Below, piece by piece: positions 10,337-20,248 of a DNA stretch of 64,000 nucleotides. Origin of the DNA: an uncultured Candidatus Entotheonella sp. Lineage in GTDB: Bacteria; Tectomicrobia; Entotheonellia; Entotheonellales; Entotheonellaceae. The notes beneath the pieces were generated by a model. The model was not told the origin of the DNA, did no database searches, and saw only the letters and a program-made list of their open reading frames with translations. The stretch is from NCBI GenBank assembly GCA_965217185.1, contig OZ244252.1, forward strand, positions 1,568,001 through 1,632,000, in the 5' to 3' direction. A program made the position numbers and the translations under genes. The stretch's first letter is position 1. Each line of letters begins with the position of its first letter.

Positions 10337-11209
10337 TCAACCCATGTGCTTGTGGACGAACTCGATAATCTGCGTGACGGCCTGACCGGCGGCGGCCGAG
10401 GTCGGCTTGCGGTTGATGAAACCTTCCGCCTCGCCATCGAACAACTTCAGCTCAACCTGTCCGCCGGCCCTCCGGTACTGCTCGACGAAGCGGTCCAGGT
10501 CAGGACGGGGATGCGCCACGTCCTTGGTGCCCTGCACGTAAAGCACGGGCGGCATCTCAACCGTCTCGCCGCGCTCGAGAGCCAGCACCGGGTTGCCCTC
10601 AGCCATGGCCGCTTCGTCCTGCCAGTACTGGTCGTGCAAGGGTAGAACACGATCAACGAGTTCCGGGTAAGGCTCACCGCTGTCCCGCAGGTTCTTGGCA
10701 TAGTGGTAGCGTGCCAGAGGATCAATGACCGGCCAGCACAGGATGACGTAATCCAGGCCCATCTCCACGTCCGTGGCGCCGTACGGCGGCTTGAAGGCAG
10801 CGTAACGCGGGTCATGCGGCCGCATGGCCAGCAGCATCGCCTGGTGGCCGCCGCTGGAGACCCCGAGGGCGCCCACTTTGTCCACACGAAGGCCCAGCGT
10901 GTCGGCCCGCGTTTTCAGCCAGCGGATGCCGTAATGGATATCCGTCAATGAGGCTGGGTACGGCGCATCGGGCGGCATGCGAAAATCGAGCGCCGCTACC
11001 GCTACCCCGCTGCGCGCCAAGCCCTCGCTGATAACCACGTCGTTCAGCCGGTCGCCACGGCACCAGGCGCCGCCGTGAAGATCCACCAGCAGCGGAAACG
11101 GTCCCTCGCCGCGCGGCTTGTACAGGCGCGCCAGCAATGCCTTGTTGCCGAAACGCAGGTATTCGATGTCTTCCACTTCGATGTCGTGAACGGTCAGGGC
11201 TGCCGCCAT
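10337..11209 (-). CDS. Alpha/beta hydrolase (HSL-type esterase)
   Basis: LHGGAW oxyanion motif, GVSSGG nucleophile elbow, QGTKD. Confidence 0.85.
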   Translation of the reverse strand: MAAALTVHDIEVEDIEYLRFGNKALLARLYKPRGEGPFPLLVDLHGGAWCRGDRLNDVVISEGLARSGVAVAALDFRMPPDAPYPASLTDIHYGIRWLKTRADTLGLRVDKVGALGVSSGGHQAMLLAMRPHDPRYAAFKPPYGATDVEMGLDYVILCWPVIDPLARYHYAKNLRDSGEPYPELVDRVLPLHDQYWQDEAAMAEGNPVLALERGETVEMPPVLYVQGTKDVAHPRPDLDRFVEQYRRAGGQVELKLFDGEAEGFINRKPTSAAAGQAVTQIIEFVHKHMG

Positions 11210-11368
11210 GCGCTTCTCCTTCCGAATACGTAATCCTTGTTCAGGTCCGTCCTACCCACTCGTCACACCGGGATTGCTTTTAAGGGTAGGTTCTTAACCC
11301 GAGCTTCCTTAAAATGTACCTCTCAATCATCACCGAATCATCTAGCCAACACAAGGAAGGAAGCATCC

Positions 11369-11890
11369 ATGCAACAACTCGATATTCTGGCTTCAGCTCT
11401 GCAGATGAACGCTGGCCTGGTCCAACGAGCCCTCGAAGGACTCTCCGACGATGACCTCACCAGGCGCCCCAGCGATCAATGCAACCCCATCGGCTGGACC
11501 CTTTGGCATCAATACCGTTACGAAGACCGGGTTGTCGCCGGCATCACCGGCGAACAGCAGGTTTGGGTCTCCGACGGCTGGCACGACAAGTTCGGTATGC
11601 CCGCCGATGCCGACCAGCTCGGTATGGGCAATTCGTTGGAACAAGTCGGCGCCTTTCGCGCCACACTGGACAATTTGCAGGGATACGGCGCTGCGGTACG
11701 TGAGAAGACACTGGCATGCCTGCAGACCATCACGCCCGAAGAACTTGAACGCGAGCTGGAGGCACCGGGCGGCGCGACACGGACTGCAGGGGTTTCTTTG
11801 GGTGTCCTGCTGCTCGACCACTTCCACCACAGCGGCCAGGTGTGCTATCTGCGGGGATTCATCACGGGCAAGGGCTGGTTCGCGGCCTGA
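11369..11890 (+). CDS. DinB/DUF664 family protein
   Basis: NPIGWTLWH and HFHHSGQVCYLRG metal-binding His motifs; RBS AAGGAAG. Confidence 0.85.
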   Translation: MQQLDILASALQMNAGLVQRALEGLSDDDLTRRPSDQCNPIGWTLWHQYRYEDRVVAGITGEQQVWVSDGWHDKFGMPADADQLGMGNSLEQVGAFRATLDNLQGYGAAVREKTLACLQTITPEELERELEAPGGATRTAGVSLGVLLLDHFHHSGQVCYLRGFITGKGWFAA

Positions 11891-11906
11891 TCGGTCTCCC
11901 GACGCA

Positions 11907-11936
11907 CCAAGGGCCGCGACGATGCGCGGCCCTTGG
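11907..11936. terminator. Stem-loop between convergent dinB and tRNA-Glu
   Basis: CCAAGGGCCGCG-acgatg-CGCGGCCCTTGG, a perfect 12-bp stem. Confidence 0.65.
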
Positions 11937-11965
11937 TAACTCCAATCAAAAAGCTGTAAAGGGAG

Positions 11966-12040
<75 letters not shown>

Positions 12041-12050
12041 GACGGAAAGG

Positions 12051-12123
12051 TGAGCCGTGCTGGACTCGAACCAGCGACCCGCTGCTTAAAAGGCAGCTGC
12101 TCTACCGCCTGAGCTAACGGCCC
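12051..12123 (-). tRNA. tRNA-Lys (TTT)
   Basis: Reverse complement GGGCCGTTAGCTCAG...ctgc-cTTTTAA-gcag...GGTTCGAGTCC...CGGCTCA. Confidence 0.95.
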
Positions 12124-12181
12124 GTCGAGGACGCTGGTCTCTCTGACGAAAGCTACACAGCTTGCAACTGCATGAAACACA

Positions 12182-12210
12182 AGCATAATAACTGGATTCC
12201 GACCTGTCAA
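12182..12210 (-). promoter_or_regulatory. Sigma70-type promoter of the tRNA-Lys/Glu pair
   Basis: TTGACA-N17-TATGCT on the minus strand. Confidence 0.7.
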
Positions 12211-12240
12211 CCTGTGCCGCCAGCTCGCCCAAAATCCTTC

Positions 12241-12269
12241 TTGCACCACCGGGGTCCCTCTGATAGAGT
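12241..12269 (+). promoter_or_regulatory. Sigma70-type promoter of ilvE
   Basis: TTGCAC-N17-TAGAGT. Confidence 0.5.
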
Positions 12270-12346
12270 GTCGCCCCTTTCAATTACCAAAGGCGAGGAA
12301 GCCTAAGCGGGAAGCGGCATTATAGGTGCCTTGGGGAGGAACCAGC

Positions 12347-13261
12347 ATGGAGGCCACCAAGAAAATCTGGATGGACGGCACGTTCGTAAATTGGGACGAT
12401 GCCCAAGTCCACGTCCTCAGCCACACCCTGCATTACGGCTTGGGTGTATTCGAGGGCATCCGGTGCTACGATACCGCCGCCGGCCCCGCCATTTTCCGCC
12501 TCCCCGAACATACCGACCGCCTGTTCAACTCGGCGCACATCGCGGGACTCAAAATGCCGTTCAGCCGCGAGGATATCGGCCAGGCCATCACCGACACCGT
12601 GAAAGTCAACGAGGTGCGCGAATGCTATATTCGCCCCCTTGTTTACCTGGGCTACGGCGAACTCGGCATCAATAACAGCCACTGTCCGGTGTGCGTCAGT
12701 ATCGCGGTGTGGCCTTGGGGTGCATATCTGGGCGAGGGCGCCCTTTCCGAGGGCATTCGCGTGTGCATCTCCTCCTATACCCGCCACCACGTCAACGTCA
12801 TGATGACCAAGGCGAAGGTGGTCGGCAATTACGCCAATTCGCAGTTTGCCAAGATGGAAGCCATTCATTCCGGTTACGATGAAGCGATCATGCTCGACGT
12901 GCAGGGCAACGTCGGCGAAGGCTCCGGCGAGAACATCTTCATCGTGCGCGACGGCGTCCTCAAGACGCCCCCGCTGACCGCCATCCTGGAAGGCATCACG
13001 CGCAACTCCGTCATCGACTTGGCGCGCAACATGGGGCTCACCGTGCGCGAAACCGTCTTTTCCCGCGATGAGCTATACATCGCCGACGAGGTGTTCTTCA
13101 CCGGCACCGCGGCGGAACTGACGCCCATCCGTGAAGTCGATAATCGCGCGATCGGCAATGGCTTTCCCGGACCCATAACCCACAAGTTGCAACAAGCCTT
13201 TTTCAGAATCGTGCAGGGCAAGGACGACGCGTTCAAGTCCTGGCTAACCCTCATCACGTAA
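12347..13261 (+). CDS. ilvE: Branched-chain amino acid aminotransferase
   Basis: [47 protein letters not shown]. Confidence 0.96.
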   Translation: MEATKKIWMDGTFVNWDDAQVHVLSHTLHYGLGVFEGIRCYDTAAGPAIFRLPEHTDRLFNSAHIAGLKMPFSREDIGQAITDTVKVNEVRECYIRPLVYLGYGELGINNSHCPVCVSIAVWPWGAYLGEGALSEGIRVCISSYTRHHVNVMMTKAKVVGNYANSQFAKMEAIHSGYDEAIMLDVQGNVGEGSGENIFIVRDGVLKTPPLTAILEGITRNSVIDLARNMGLTVRETVFSRDELYIADEVFFTGTAAELTPIREVDNRAIGNGFPGPITHKLQQAFFRIVQGKDDAFKSWLTLIT

Positions 13262-13321
13262 GACCCAACGCGAACGACCCAACCCCTCGGTCTGTGGCCT
13301 GTCGGCAAGAAGGAAGAGAAC

Positions 13322-14026
13322 ATGGTTTACGCCAAAATTTTGGCTGTAGATCAAGATCAGGCCGCCTATGAAACCCTGCTCCCGGAATTGTCCAAGCACG
13401 GCTATGAACTCCACCCCGTAACCACTTCCTCCAAAGCTATCGCCCTCGCCGGCGCGCACGATTACCATGCGGCCCTGGTGTCGTTCACGCTGCTTGATGT
13501 TCACGTGTTGCTGGCCGATTTGCGGGACGCCATTCCACACTTGCCAATCATTTTAGCGATGTCCGCGGACCACAACGGCATTCCCTCTCAGGTCTTGAAG
13601 CTGGTGACAAACATTGTTGGCAAGCCGCTAAGCCTCGAACTCGTGCGCCTGATGCTCGATCGCACTCTGGAATTGGCCGCGCTGCGTGCGCAGTTACGCG
13701 AAGAACGGCACGTGCTGAACCTGAACGACATGCTGCAAATCGCCCATCGCGAAGCCGACGGCGACGGTCTGCAAATGCAGGAATTGTGGTCGGAAACACT
13801 GGTCAGCAGGCTGCACCGCCTCGTACGAAGCGTCAGGGAAATGGGCCGCGGCTCCCTTTACCATACGGTCTTGTCGTGCTTCGAAAGACTGCTGCTGGCC
13901 ATCGTTCTCGCGGAGTGTCGGGGCAATCAGGTCAAGTCGGCAGCCATCCTGGGTATCAATCGCAATACCCTGCGCAAGAAGATCTCCGCCCTTGGTCTGT
14001 CGGACCTGCGCAGCCGCATCCCGTAA
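13322..14026 (+). CDS. Degenerate receiver domain plus Fis-type HTH regulator
   Basis: N-terminal REC-like segment (ILAVDQD...VGKPL); C-terminal GNQVKSAAILGINRNTLRKKI; no AAA+ domain. Confidence 0.75.
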   Translation: MVYAKILAVDQDQAAYETLLPELSKHGYELHPVTTSSKAIALAGAHDYHAALVSFTLLDVHVLLADLRDAIPHLPIILAMSADHNGIPSQVLKLVTNIVGKPLSLELVRLMLDRTLELAALRAQLREERHVLNLNDMLQIAHREADGDGLQMQELWSETLVSRLHRLVRSVREMGRGSLYHTVLSCFERLLLAIVLAECRGNQVKSAAILGINRNTLRKKISALGLSDLRSRIP

Positions 14027-14028
14027 CA

Positions 14029-14790
14029 ATGACTCACGCCCTACCCTCTCTGGCAGTCGTCGTTCTTGCCGCCGGCAAAGGCACCCGAATGCAGTCCCCG
14101 CTCCCCAAAGTCTTGCTTCCCCTGGCTGGCTGTCCCCTCGTTGCGCATGTGCTGACGGCTGTTCAGCCGCTGGCGCCCCAGCATCTCATTGCCGTGGTGG
14201 GCCATCAGGCCGATGCCGTGCGGCGTGTGTGCGAACCCTACGGAGCGTGCTGCGTGGTGCAAGAGCCACAACTGGGCACCGGACATGCGGTCGTACAAAC
14301 GAAAGCCCTGTTGCAGGACTTTGACGGCGATATTCTGGTACTGTGCGGTGACGTGCCGTTGCTAAACACGGCAACCCTGCGCCGCCTGCTTGATGCGCAC
14401 CAGCAACAACAGGCGGCACTCACACTGTTGACGACGTGCTTGGATGATCCCACGGGTTACGGCCGCATCATGCGGAACCACCGAGGTAATGTCGCCGGCA
14501 TCGTCGAAGAACGGGACGCCTCGCCCAGCCAGAAAGCGGTGTGCGAGATCAACAGCGGCGTGTACTGCTTACGGTCTTCCTTTTTGTTTGCCGCCCTGCC
14601 CCGCGTCGGACGGCACAACGCACAGGGCGAGCAGTATCTGACCGACGTTGTTGGGCTGGCAGCGGCAGATGGGCGGCCCATTGCACATCTCGCCACAGAG
14701 CCGGAAGAAATTCTGGGTATCAACACCCCGGCAGATTTGGCGCGTCTTGAAACCCTCTTGCGCAATCGGCGCGGCAACGAATCATCATGA
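14029..14790 (+). CDS. glmU: GlmU-like UDP-GlcNAc pyrophosphorylase, N-terminal domain only
   Basis: LAAGKGTRM..PKVL, QLGTGHAV, GDVP, GYGRI, EINSGVY, EQYLTD; ends at 253 aa with no hexapeptide repeats. Confidence 0.82.
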   Translation: MTHALPSLAVVVLAAGKGTRMQSPLPKVLLPLAGCPLVAHVLTAVQPLAPQHLIAVVGHQADAVRRVCEPYGACCVVQEPQLGTGHAVVQTKALLQDFDGDILVLCGDVPLLNTATLRRLLDAHQQQQAALTLLTTCLDDPTGYGRIMRNHRGNVAGIVEERDASPSQKAVCEINSGVYCLRSSFLFAALPRVGRHNAQGEQYLTDVVGLAAADGRPIAHLATEPEEILGINTPADLARLETLLRNRRGNESS

Positions 14791-16970
14791 CATCCCCCTG
14801 GCAGCCCCAGCTCAACACGCCGCAGTGGGAAGCGGTGCAACACACCGAGGGCCCCGTTCTTATCCTGGCCGGTGCCGGTTCGGGGAAAACGCGCGTCATC
14901 ACCCACCGCATCGCCCACCTGATCCGCAATTGCGGGGTGAGCGCCGAACAGATCCTGGCGGTGACATTCACCAACAAGGCGGCCCAGGAAATGCGGCAAC
15001 GGGTTCACGGCCTGCTCGGCGCCACCGGCTTTCCGCTGTGGCTCAGCACCTTCCACGCCGCCTGTGCGCGCCTGTTGCGCCGTGAAGCCGAGCACCTTGG
15101 CCTCGCGCCCAATTTCGTCATCTACGACGCGGCGGATCAACTGTCGCTGGTCAAACAGTGCGTGCGTGACCTGGAAATCGCCGACGACCTGTACGCCCCG
15201 CAACAGATTCGGCGGCGCATCAGCACCTTGAAGAACGACCTCGTCGACGCCGAAGCATTCCAGCGCGACTCGCAAGATTATGGGCTCGACGCTGTGGTCG
15301 CCCGCGTGTACGGCGCCTACCAGGAACGCCTGCGCGAGAACGCCGCCCTCGATTTCGACGATCTGCTCATGCACACCGTCCAGATGCTGCGCCGCCACGA
15401 CGCCATCCGGCAGCGCTACCAACATCGCCTGCGCTTCATCATGGTGGACGAGTACCAGGATACCAACATGGCGCAGTATCACCTGCTCAACCTGCTGGCG
15501 GCGGAGCACCGCAACCTGTGCGTGGTGGGCGATGACGACCAGAGCGTGTACCGCTTTCGCGGCGCCAACGTGCGCAACATTCTCAACTTCGAGCGCGATT
15601 ACCCCGACGCCAAAGTCATCAAGTTGGAACAGAATTATCGCTCGACGGGCACCATCCTCGAAGCCGCTACCGCGGTGGTATCGAAGAACCCGGACCGGCG
15701 GGACAAGACCCTGTGGACGGCGAACACCCGCGGCGTGCCCATCGGCTACTTCTGCGCCCAGGACGACATGCACGAGGCCGAAGTCATCTGCCAGAACATT
15801 CTGGGACTGCAGAACGCCGAGGGTTTGACGTTGAAAGACTTCGCCGTTTTCTACCGCACCAACGCACAGTCGCGGGTGCTGGAAGACGGCCTGCGGCGCG
15901 CCGACATTCCGTACCAGATCGTCGGCGGACTGCGCTTCTACGACCGCCAGGAAATCAAGGACGCCCTGGCATACATGCGCTTGCTGACCAACCCGCGGGA
16001 TACGTTGAGCCTGCGACGTATCATCAACGTGCCGCGGCGCGGCATTGGCAACACGACCTGGGCACGGCTGGAAGCGCTGGCGCAGGAAAACGGCATCAGC
16101 GGCCTTAAGGCATTGGAACGGATCGCGGACGGCGAGGCGGACGCCGGTATCGGCAAGGCCGCCCTCGGACGCCTACGGGGTTTTCACGAACTCCTGAAAG
16201 ATCTCATGGCCAAAGTTCCCGACATGGCAGCGGCAGATCTCATCTACGAGGTGCTCGACGCCAGTGGCTATCTGGCGCAACTGAAGGCCGACCGAACCGT
16301 GGAAGCGCAGACCCGGCTGGAGAACCTGAGCGAGCTGGTAAACGCCGCCGCCGACTACGATCAGCAGGCCGATGAACCAAGCTTGCAGGGCTTTCTGGAG
16401 CATACGGCCCTGGTTTCGGACCAGGACAGCCTGCAGGACGACCGCGGCGCTGTGACGCTGATGACCCTGCACGCCTCGAAGGGCCTGGAATTTCCGGTGG
16501 TGTTCATCACCGGCATGGAGAATGGCTTGTTCCCGCATAGCCGCTCGTTCGATGAACCTCTCGAGATGGAGGAAGAGCGACGCCTTTGCTACGTAGGCAT
16601 GACGCGCGCCGAACGCTGGCTCTTCCTCACTAGCGCAGTTTCGCGACGTCTGTACGGAAACGAGCAGCAGCAGATGCCGTCGGCGTTTTTGCTGGATATT
16701 CCCATGACGTGCATTACCAATCATTCGGCGCAGTCGGAAGTTCTCAGCCATGAGGAGCGCCGTCATAGAGCGCCGCGACGTGCTCAGTCGCCGCCATCAG
16801 TGCCGGCGGAGAACTTAGCCGCTGGCGCCGTCGTCCAGCATGCGCAGTTCGGGCGCGGCGTCGTGCAGAAATGCGAGGGCGAAGGCGATGCCCTGAAGCT
16901 CACGATCGTCTTCAGCGACTACGGCGTCAAGAAGATCATGCCGAAGTACGCCAGCATGCAAGTGCTGTGA
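14787..16970 (+). CDS. pcrA: ATP-dependent DNA helicase PcrA/UvrD
   Basis: AGAGSGKT, VDEYQDTN, GDDDQS, LEQNYRS, TLHASKGLEF, EEERRLCYV. Confidence 0.96.
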   Translation: MTSPWQPQLNTPQWEAVQHTEGPVLILAGAGSGKTRVITHRIAHLIRNCGVSAEQILAVTFTNKAAQEMRQRVHGLLGATGFPLWLSTFHAACARLLRREAEHLGLAPNFVIYDAADQLSLVKQCVRDLEIADDLYAPQQIRRRISTLKNDLVDAEAFQRDSQDYGLDAVVARVYGAYQERLRENAALDFDDLLMHTVQMLRRHDAIRQRYQHRLRFIMVDEYQDTNMAQYHLLNLLAAEHRNLCVVGDDDQSVYRFRGANVRNILNFERDYPDAKVIKLEQNYRSTGTILEAATAVVSKNPDRRDKTLWTANTRGVPIGYFCAQDDMHEAEVICQNILGLQNAEGLTLKDFAVFYRTNAQSRVLEDGLRRADIPYQIVGGLRFYDRQEIKDALAYMRLLTNPRDTLSLRRIINVPRRGIGNTTWARLEALAQENGISGLKALERIADGEADAGIGKAALGRLRGFHELLKDLMAKVPDMAAADLIYEVLDASGYLAQLKADRTVEAQTRLENLSELVNAAADYDQQADEPSLQGFLEHTALVSDQDSLQDDRGAVTLMTLHASKGLEFPVVFITGMENGLFPHSRSFDEPLEMEEERRLCYVGMTRAERWLFLTSAVSRRLYGNEQQQMPSAFLLDIPMTCITNHSAQSEVLSHEERRHRAPRRAQSPPSVPAENLAAGAVVQHAQFGRGVVQKCEGEGDALKLTIVFSDYGVKKIMPKYASMQVL

Positions 16971-16987
16971 GGGAGAAAGACACTGGT

Positions 16988-17287
16988 ATGACCGACGGGC
17001 GTATCATTTCCGAACAACAGGTAGCGAACGTCGCTCGTCTGGCCCGCTTGGCCCTGGATGCCGATGAGCAACGGCGGCTCACCGATCAATTGAACGCCAT
17101 CCTGACCTACGTGGAACAGTTGAACGAGGTGCCGACCGAGGGCGTAGAACCGACGGCGCACGTTTTCGACCTCGTGAATGTCTACCGCGCCGACGAGACG
17201 CGCCGAACTCTGAACAGTGGTGCGGCTCTGTCCAATGCCCCAGAAACGGAGCAACACTTCTTCGTCGTGCCCCGGATCGTGGAGTAA
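16988..17287 (+). CDS. gatC: Asp/Glu-tRNA amidotransferase subunit C
   Basis: [27 protein letters not shown]. Confidence 0.93.
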   Translation: MTDGRIISEQQVANVARLARLALDADEQRRLTDQLNAILTYVEQLNEVPTEGVEPTAHVFDLVNVYRADETRRTLNSGAALSNAPETEQHFFVVPRIVE

Positions 17288-17292
17288 CCAGC

Positions 17293-18789
17293 ATGCCAGG
17301 GATGGAGCCAATACACGTCCTGCACGAGCAACTGGTCAGCGGCACCCTCAATGCGGTGGCTCTGACCGAGGCCGTGCTGGCGCGCGTCGATGCCGTTGAG
17401 CCCGAGCTGAACACCTACGTGACGGTGACAGCCGAGCAAGCTCGACAGCAGGCAACGGAAGCCGCCGACGCCTTCGCGCGTGGCGAGGTGCATTCGCCGC
17501 TGCAGGGCATCCCCCTGGCCATCAAGGACAACATTTGCACCAAGGGCGTGCGCACCACCTGCGCTTCCCGCATCCTGGAGCATTTTGTGCCGCCGTACGA
17601 CGCCACGGTCATGCAACGTTTGCAGGCAGCGGGCGCAGTGATGATCGGCAAGGCGAACATGGACGAATTCGCCATGGGATCGTCGACTGAAACCTCCCAT
17701 TTCGGGGCAACCCGCAACCCGTGGGGTGGTGCGAAATACGTGCCCGGCGGTTCCAGCGGCGGCCCGGCAGCGGCAGTGAGCGCCGGGTTGTGCGCGGCAG
17801 CCTTAGGTTCGGACACCGGTGGCTCCATCCGCCAGCCGGCGGCGATGACCGGCGTAGTAGGTCTGAAACCGACGTACGGCCGCGTATCCCGTTTCGGCCT
17901 GGTGGCGTTCGCTTCCTCGCTCGATCAGATCGGCCCGCTGACCCGGGACGTGCACGACGCCGCCCTGCTGTTACAGGTAATCGGCGGACACGACCCGCAT
18001 GATTCGACCTCCGGGAACGTCCCGACGCCGGATTACACCGAGGCTCTGGACCGCGGCGTGGAGGGGCTGAAGCTCGGTGTCCCCCGCGAGTACTTCGTAG
18101 CGGGCATGAATGCCGAGGTCGAGGCCGCCGTGCGCGCCGGCATCAACATCCTGCGCCAGGCGGGTGCCGAACTCGTCGACGTATCCCTGCCCCACACTCC
18201 CTACGCCGTCGCCACCTACTACATTCTGGCCAACGCCGAAGCCAGCGCCAACCTGGCGCGCTACGACGGGGTGCGCTTCGGCTTTCGCGCCGCCGAGCCC
18301 GCCGACCTGTCGGACATGTACATGCGTACCCGCGCCGAGGGGTTCGGGGCGGAGGTGAAGCGGCGCATCATGCTGGGGACGTACGCGCTGAGTTCGGGAT
18401 ACTACGACGCCTATTACAAGAAGGCACAGCAGGTGCGCACGTTGTTTCGCCAGGATTTTCAGCGCGCTTTCGCCGACTGCGACGCTCTGCTGACGCCGGT
18501 ATCGCCGACCCCGGCTTTCCGTCTCGGCGAGCGGCTGGACGACCCGCTGCAAATGTATCTGGCTGACATTTTCACCATCCCCATGAACCTTGCGGGGATT
18601 CCGGCCTTGTCGGTACCCTGCGGCCTGACGACGGACAGACTGCCGATCGGCTTGCAGATTGCCGCGCCGCCCTTTCGCGAGGATGTGCTCCTGCAAGTCG
18701 GCGCGGCCTTCGAAGCGATCACCGATTTTCACACCCTGAAGCCGGACGGCCTGCCGGCGACACGCCATGGAGACGGTCATGGACTATGA
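17293..18789 (+). CDS. gatA: Asp/Glu-tRNA amidotransferase subunit A
   Basis: [44 protein letters not shown]. Confidence 0.97.
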   Translation: MPGMEPIHVLHEQLVSGTLNAVALTEAVLARVDAVEPELNTYVTVTAEQARQQATEAADAFARGEVHSPLQGIPLAIKDNICTKGVRTTCASRILEHFVPPYDATVMQRLQAAGAVMIGKANMDEFAMGSSTETSHFGATRNPWGGAKYVPGGSSGGPAAAVSAGLCAAALGSDTGGSIRQPAAMTGVVGLKPTYGRVSRFGLVAFASSLDQIGPLTRDVHDAALLLQVIGGHDPHDSTSGNVPTPDYTEALDRGVEGLKLGVPREYFVAGMNAEVEAAVRAGINILRQAGAELVDVSLPHTPYAVATYYILANAEASANLARYDGVRFGFRAAEPADLSDMYMRTRAEGFGAEVKRRIMLGTYALSSGYYDAYYKKAQQVRTLFRQDFQRAFADCDALLTPVSPTPAFRLGERLDDPLQMYLADIFTIPMNLAGIPALSVPCGLTTDRLPIGLQIAAPPFREDVLLQVGAAFEAITDFHTLKPDGLPATRHGDGHGL

Positions 18790-20215
18790 ATGCGTCATCG
18801 GCCTGGAGGTGCACGCCCAACTGCTGACCGACAGCAAACTGTTCTGCTCTTGCGCCACCGCCTTTCAGGCCGACCCGAACGACCAAACCTGCCCGGTTTG
18901 CCTCGGCCTGCCCGGCGTGCTGCCGGTGCTCAATCGCCAAGCGGTCGAGCTGACCATGCGCACCGGTCTCGCCATGCAGGGAACCGTCGCCGCCTCGAAT
19001 CGTTTTGCGCGCAAAAATTATTTCTATCCCGATCTGCCAAAGGGGTATCAGATATCGCAGTTCGAGGAACCGCTCATTGAGGGCGGCTGTCTGGACATTG
19101 AGGTTGACGGCACGGTCAGGCAGGTGCGGCTGAACCGAATCCACCTGGAAGAGGACGCCGGCAAGTCCATTCACGGCGAAAACCTTGCCGACCCCAACAA
19201 GAGCTACGTTGACCTGAACCGCACCGGCGTGCCGTTGATGGAAATCGTCAGCGACCCCGACCTGCGCTCGCCCGAGGCGGCCAGGGTCTATCTGCAAAAG
19301 CTCAAAACAGTCCTGGAATATCTCGACGTGTGCGACGGCAACATGGAGGAAGGCAGCCTGCGCTGTGACGCCAACGTATCGTTACGACCGGCAGGCACGG
19401 ACACCCTTGGCACCCGCACCGAGATCAAGAACCTGAACTCGTTCCGCAACGTCCAGCAGGCCATTGCCTACGAGATGGAACGCCAACGCGACGTGCTGGA
19501 GAATGGCGGCAGCGTGGTGCAGGAAACGCGGCTGTTCGACGCCGGGCGCGGCGTTACCGTGCCGATGCGTAGCAAGGAAGAGGCGCACGACTATCGTTAC
19601 TTCCCGGAGCCGGACTTGGTGCCGTTGCAGATTGAGCCGGAGTGGATTGACCGAGTGCGGCAGTCGATCCCCGAACTGCCCGACGCACGGCGCCAGCGAT
19701 TCGTCACGCAATATGGGCTGCCGGCCTACGACGCTGACGTCCTCGTTGCCTCGCGCGCCATGGCCGATTACTTCGAGGCCGCCGTCGAATCGTTCTCCCA
19801 GCCCAAGATCGTCAGCAACTGGGTCATGGGCGATTTTCTGCGCGCGTTGAATCATGCGAACCACAACCCGGACGAAGCCCCCGTCACCCCGTCGCACTTG
19901 GCCGAATTGCTGCGTCTGATCGACGATGGGACCATCAGCGGCAAAATCGCCAAGACGGTGTTCGAGGACATGTACCGCACCGGCAAGCGGCCCGGGGACA
20001 TCGTCGCCGAGCAAGGGTTGGTGCAGATGAGCGACAGCGACGCCCTGCAGGAGGTCATCGGCCAAGTTGTGGCCGAGCATCCCGAGCAGGTCGCCGCCTA
20101 CCGTGCCGGAAAGGAAAAACTGCTCGGCTTCTTCGTCGGCCAGACCATGAAGGCGACTCAAGGCAAGGCCAACCCCGCCATGGTCAACACGCTGCTGAAG
20201 CAACTGCTGCGGTGA
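18767..20215 (+). CDS. gatB: Asp/Glu-tRNA amidotransferase subunit B (start may be 18779)
   Basis: [44 protein letters not shown]. Confidence 0.97.
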   Translation: METVMDYECVIGLEVHAQLLTDSKLFCSCATAFQADPNDQTCPVCLGLPGVLPVLNRQAVELTMRTGLAMQGTVAASNRFARKNYFYPDLPKGYQISQFEEPLIEGGCLDIEVDGTVRQVRLNRIHLEEDAGKSIHGENLADPNKSYVDLNRTGVPLMEIVSDPDLRSPEAARVYLQKLKTVLEYLDVCDGNMEEGSLRCDANVSLRPAGTDTLGTRTEIKNLNSFRNVQQAIAYEMERQRDVLENGGSVVQETRLFDAGRGVTVPMRSKEEAHDYRYFPEPDLVPLQIEPEWIDRVRQSIPELPDARRQRFVTQYGLPAYDADVLVASRAMADYFEAAVESFSQPKIVSNWVMGDFLRALNHANHNPDEAPVTPSHLAELLRLIDDGTISGKIAKTVFEDMYRTGKRPGDIVAEQGLVQMSDSDALQEVIGQVVAEHPEQVAAYRAGKEKLLGFFVGQTMKATQGKANPAMVNTLLKQLLR

Positions 20216-20248
20216 AGGCTCCAGGATCAACCCCGGACCGCGAGGGAC

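Noticed and set aside
12194..12206. Partial REP-like GATTCCGACCTG
   Set aside because: Only one arm is present, and it lies within the tRNA promoter spacer.
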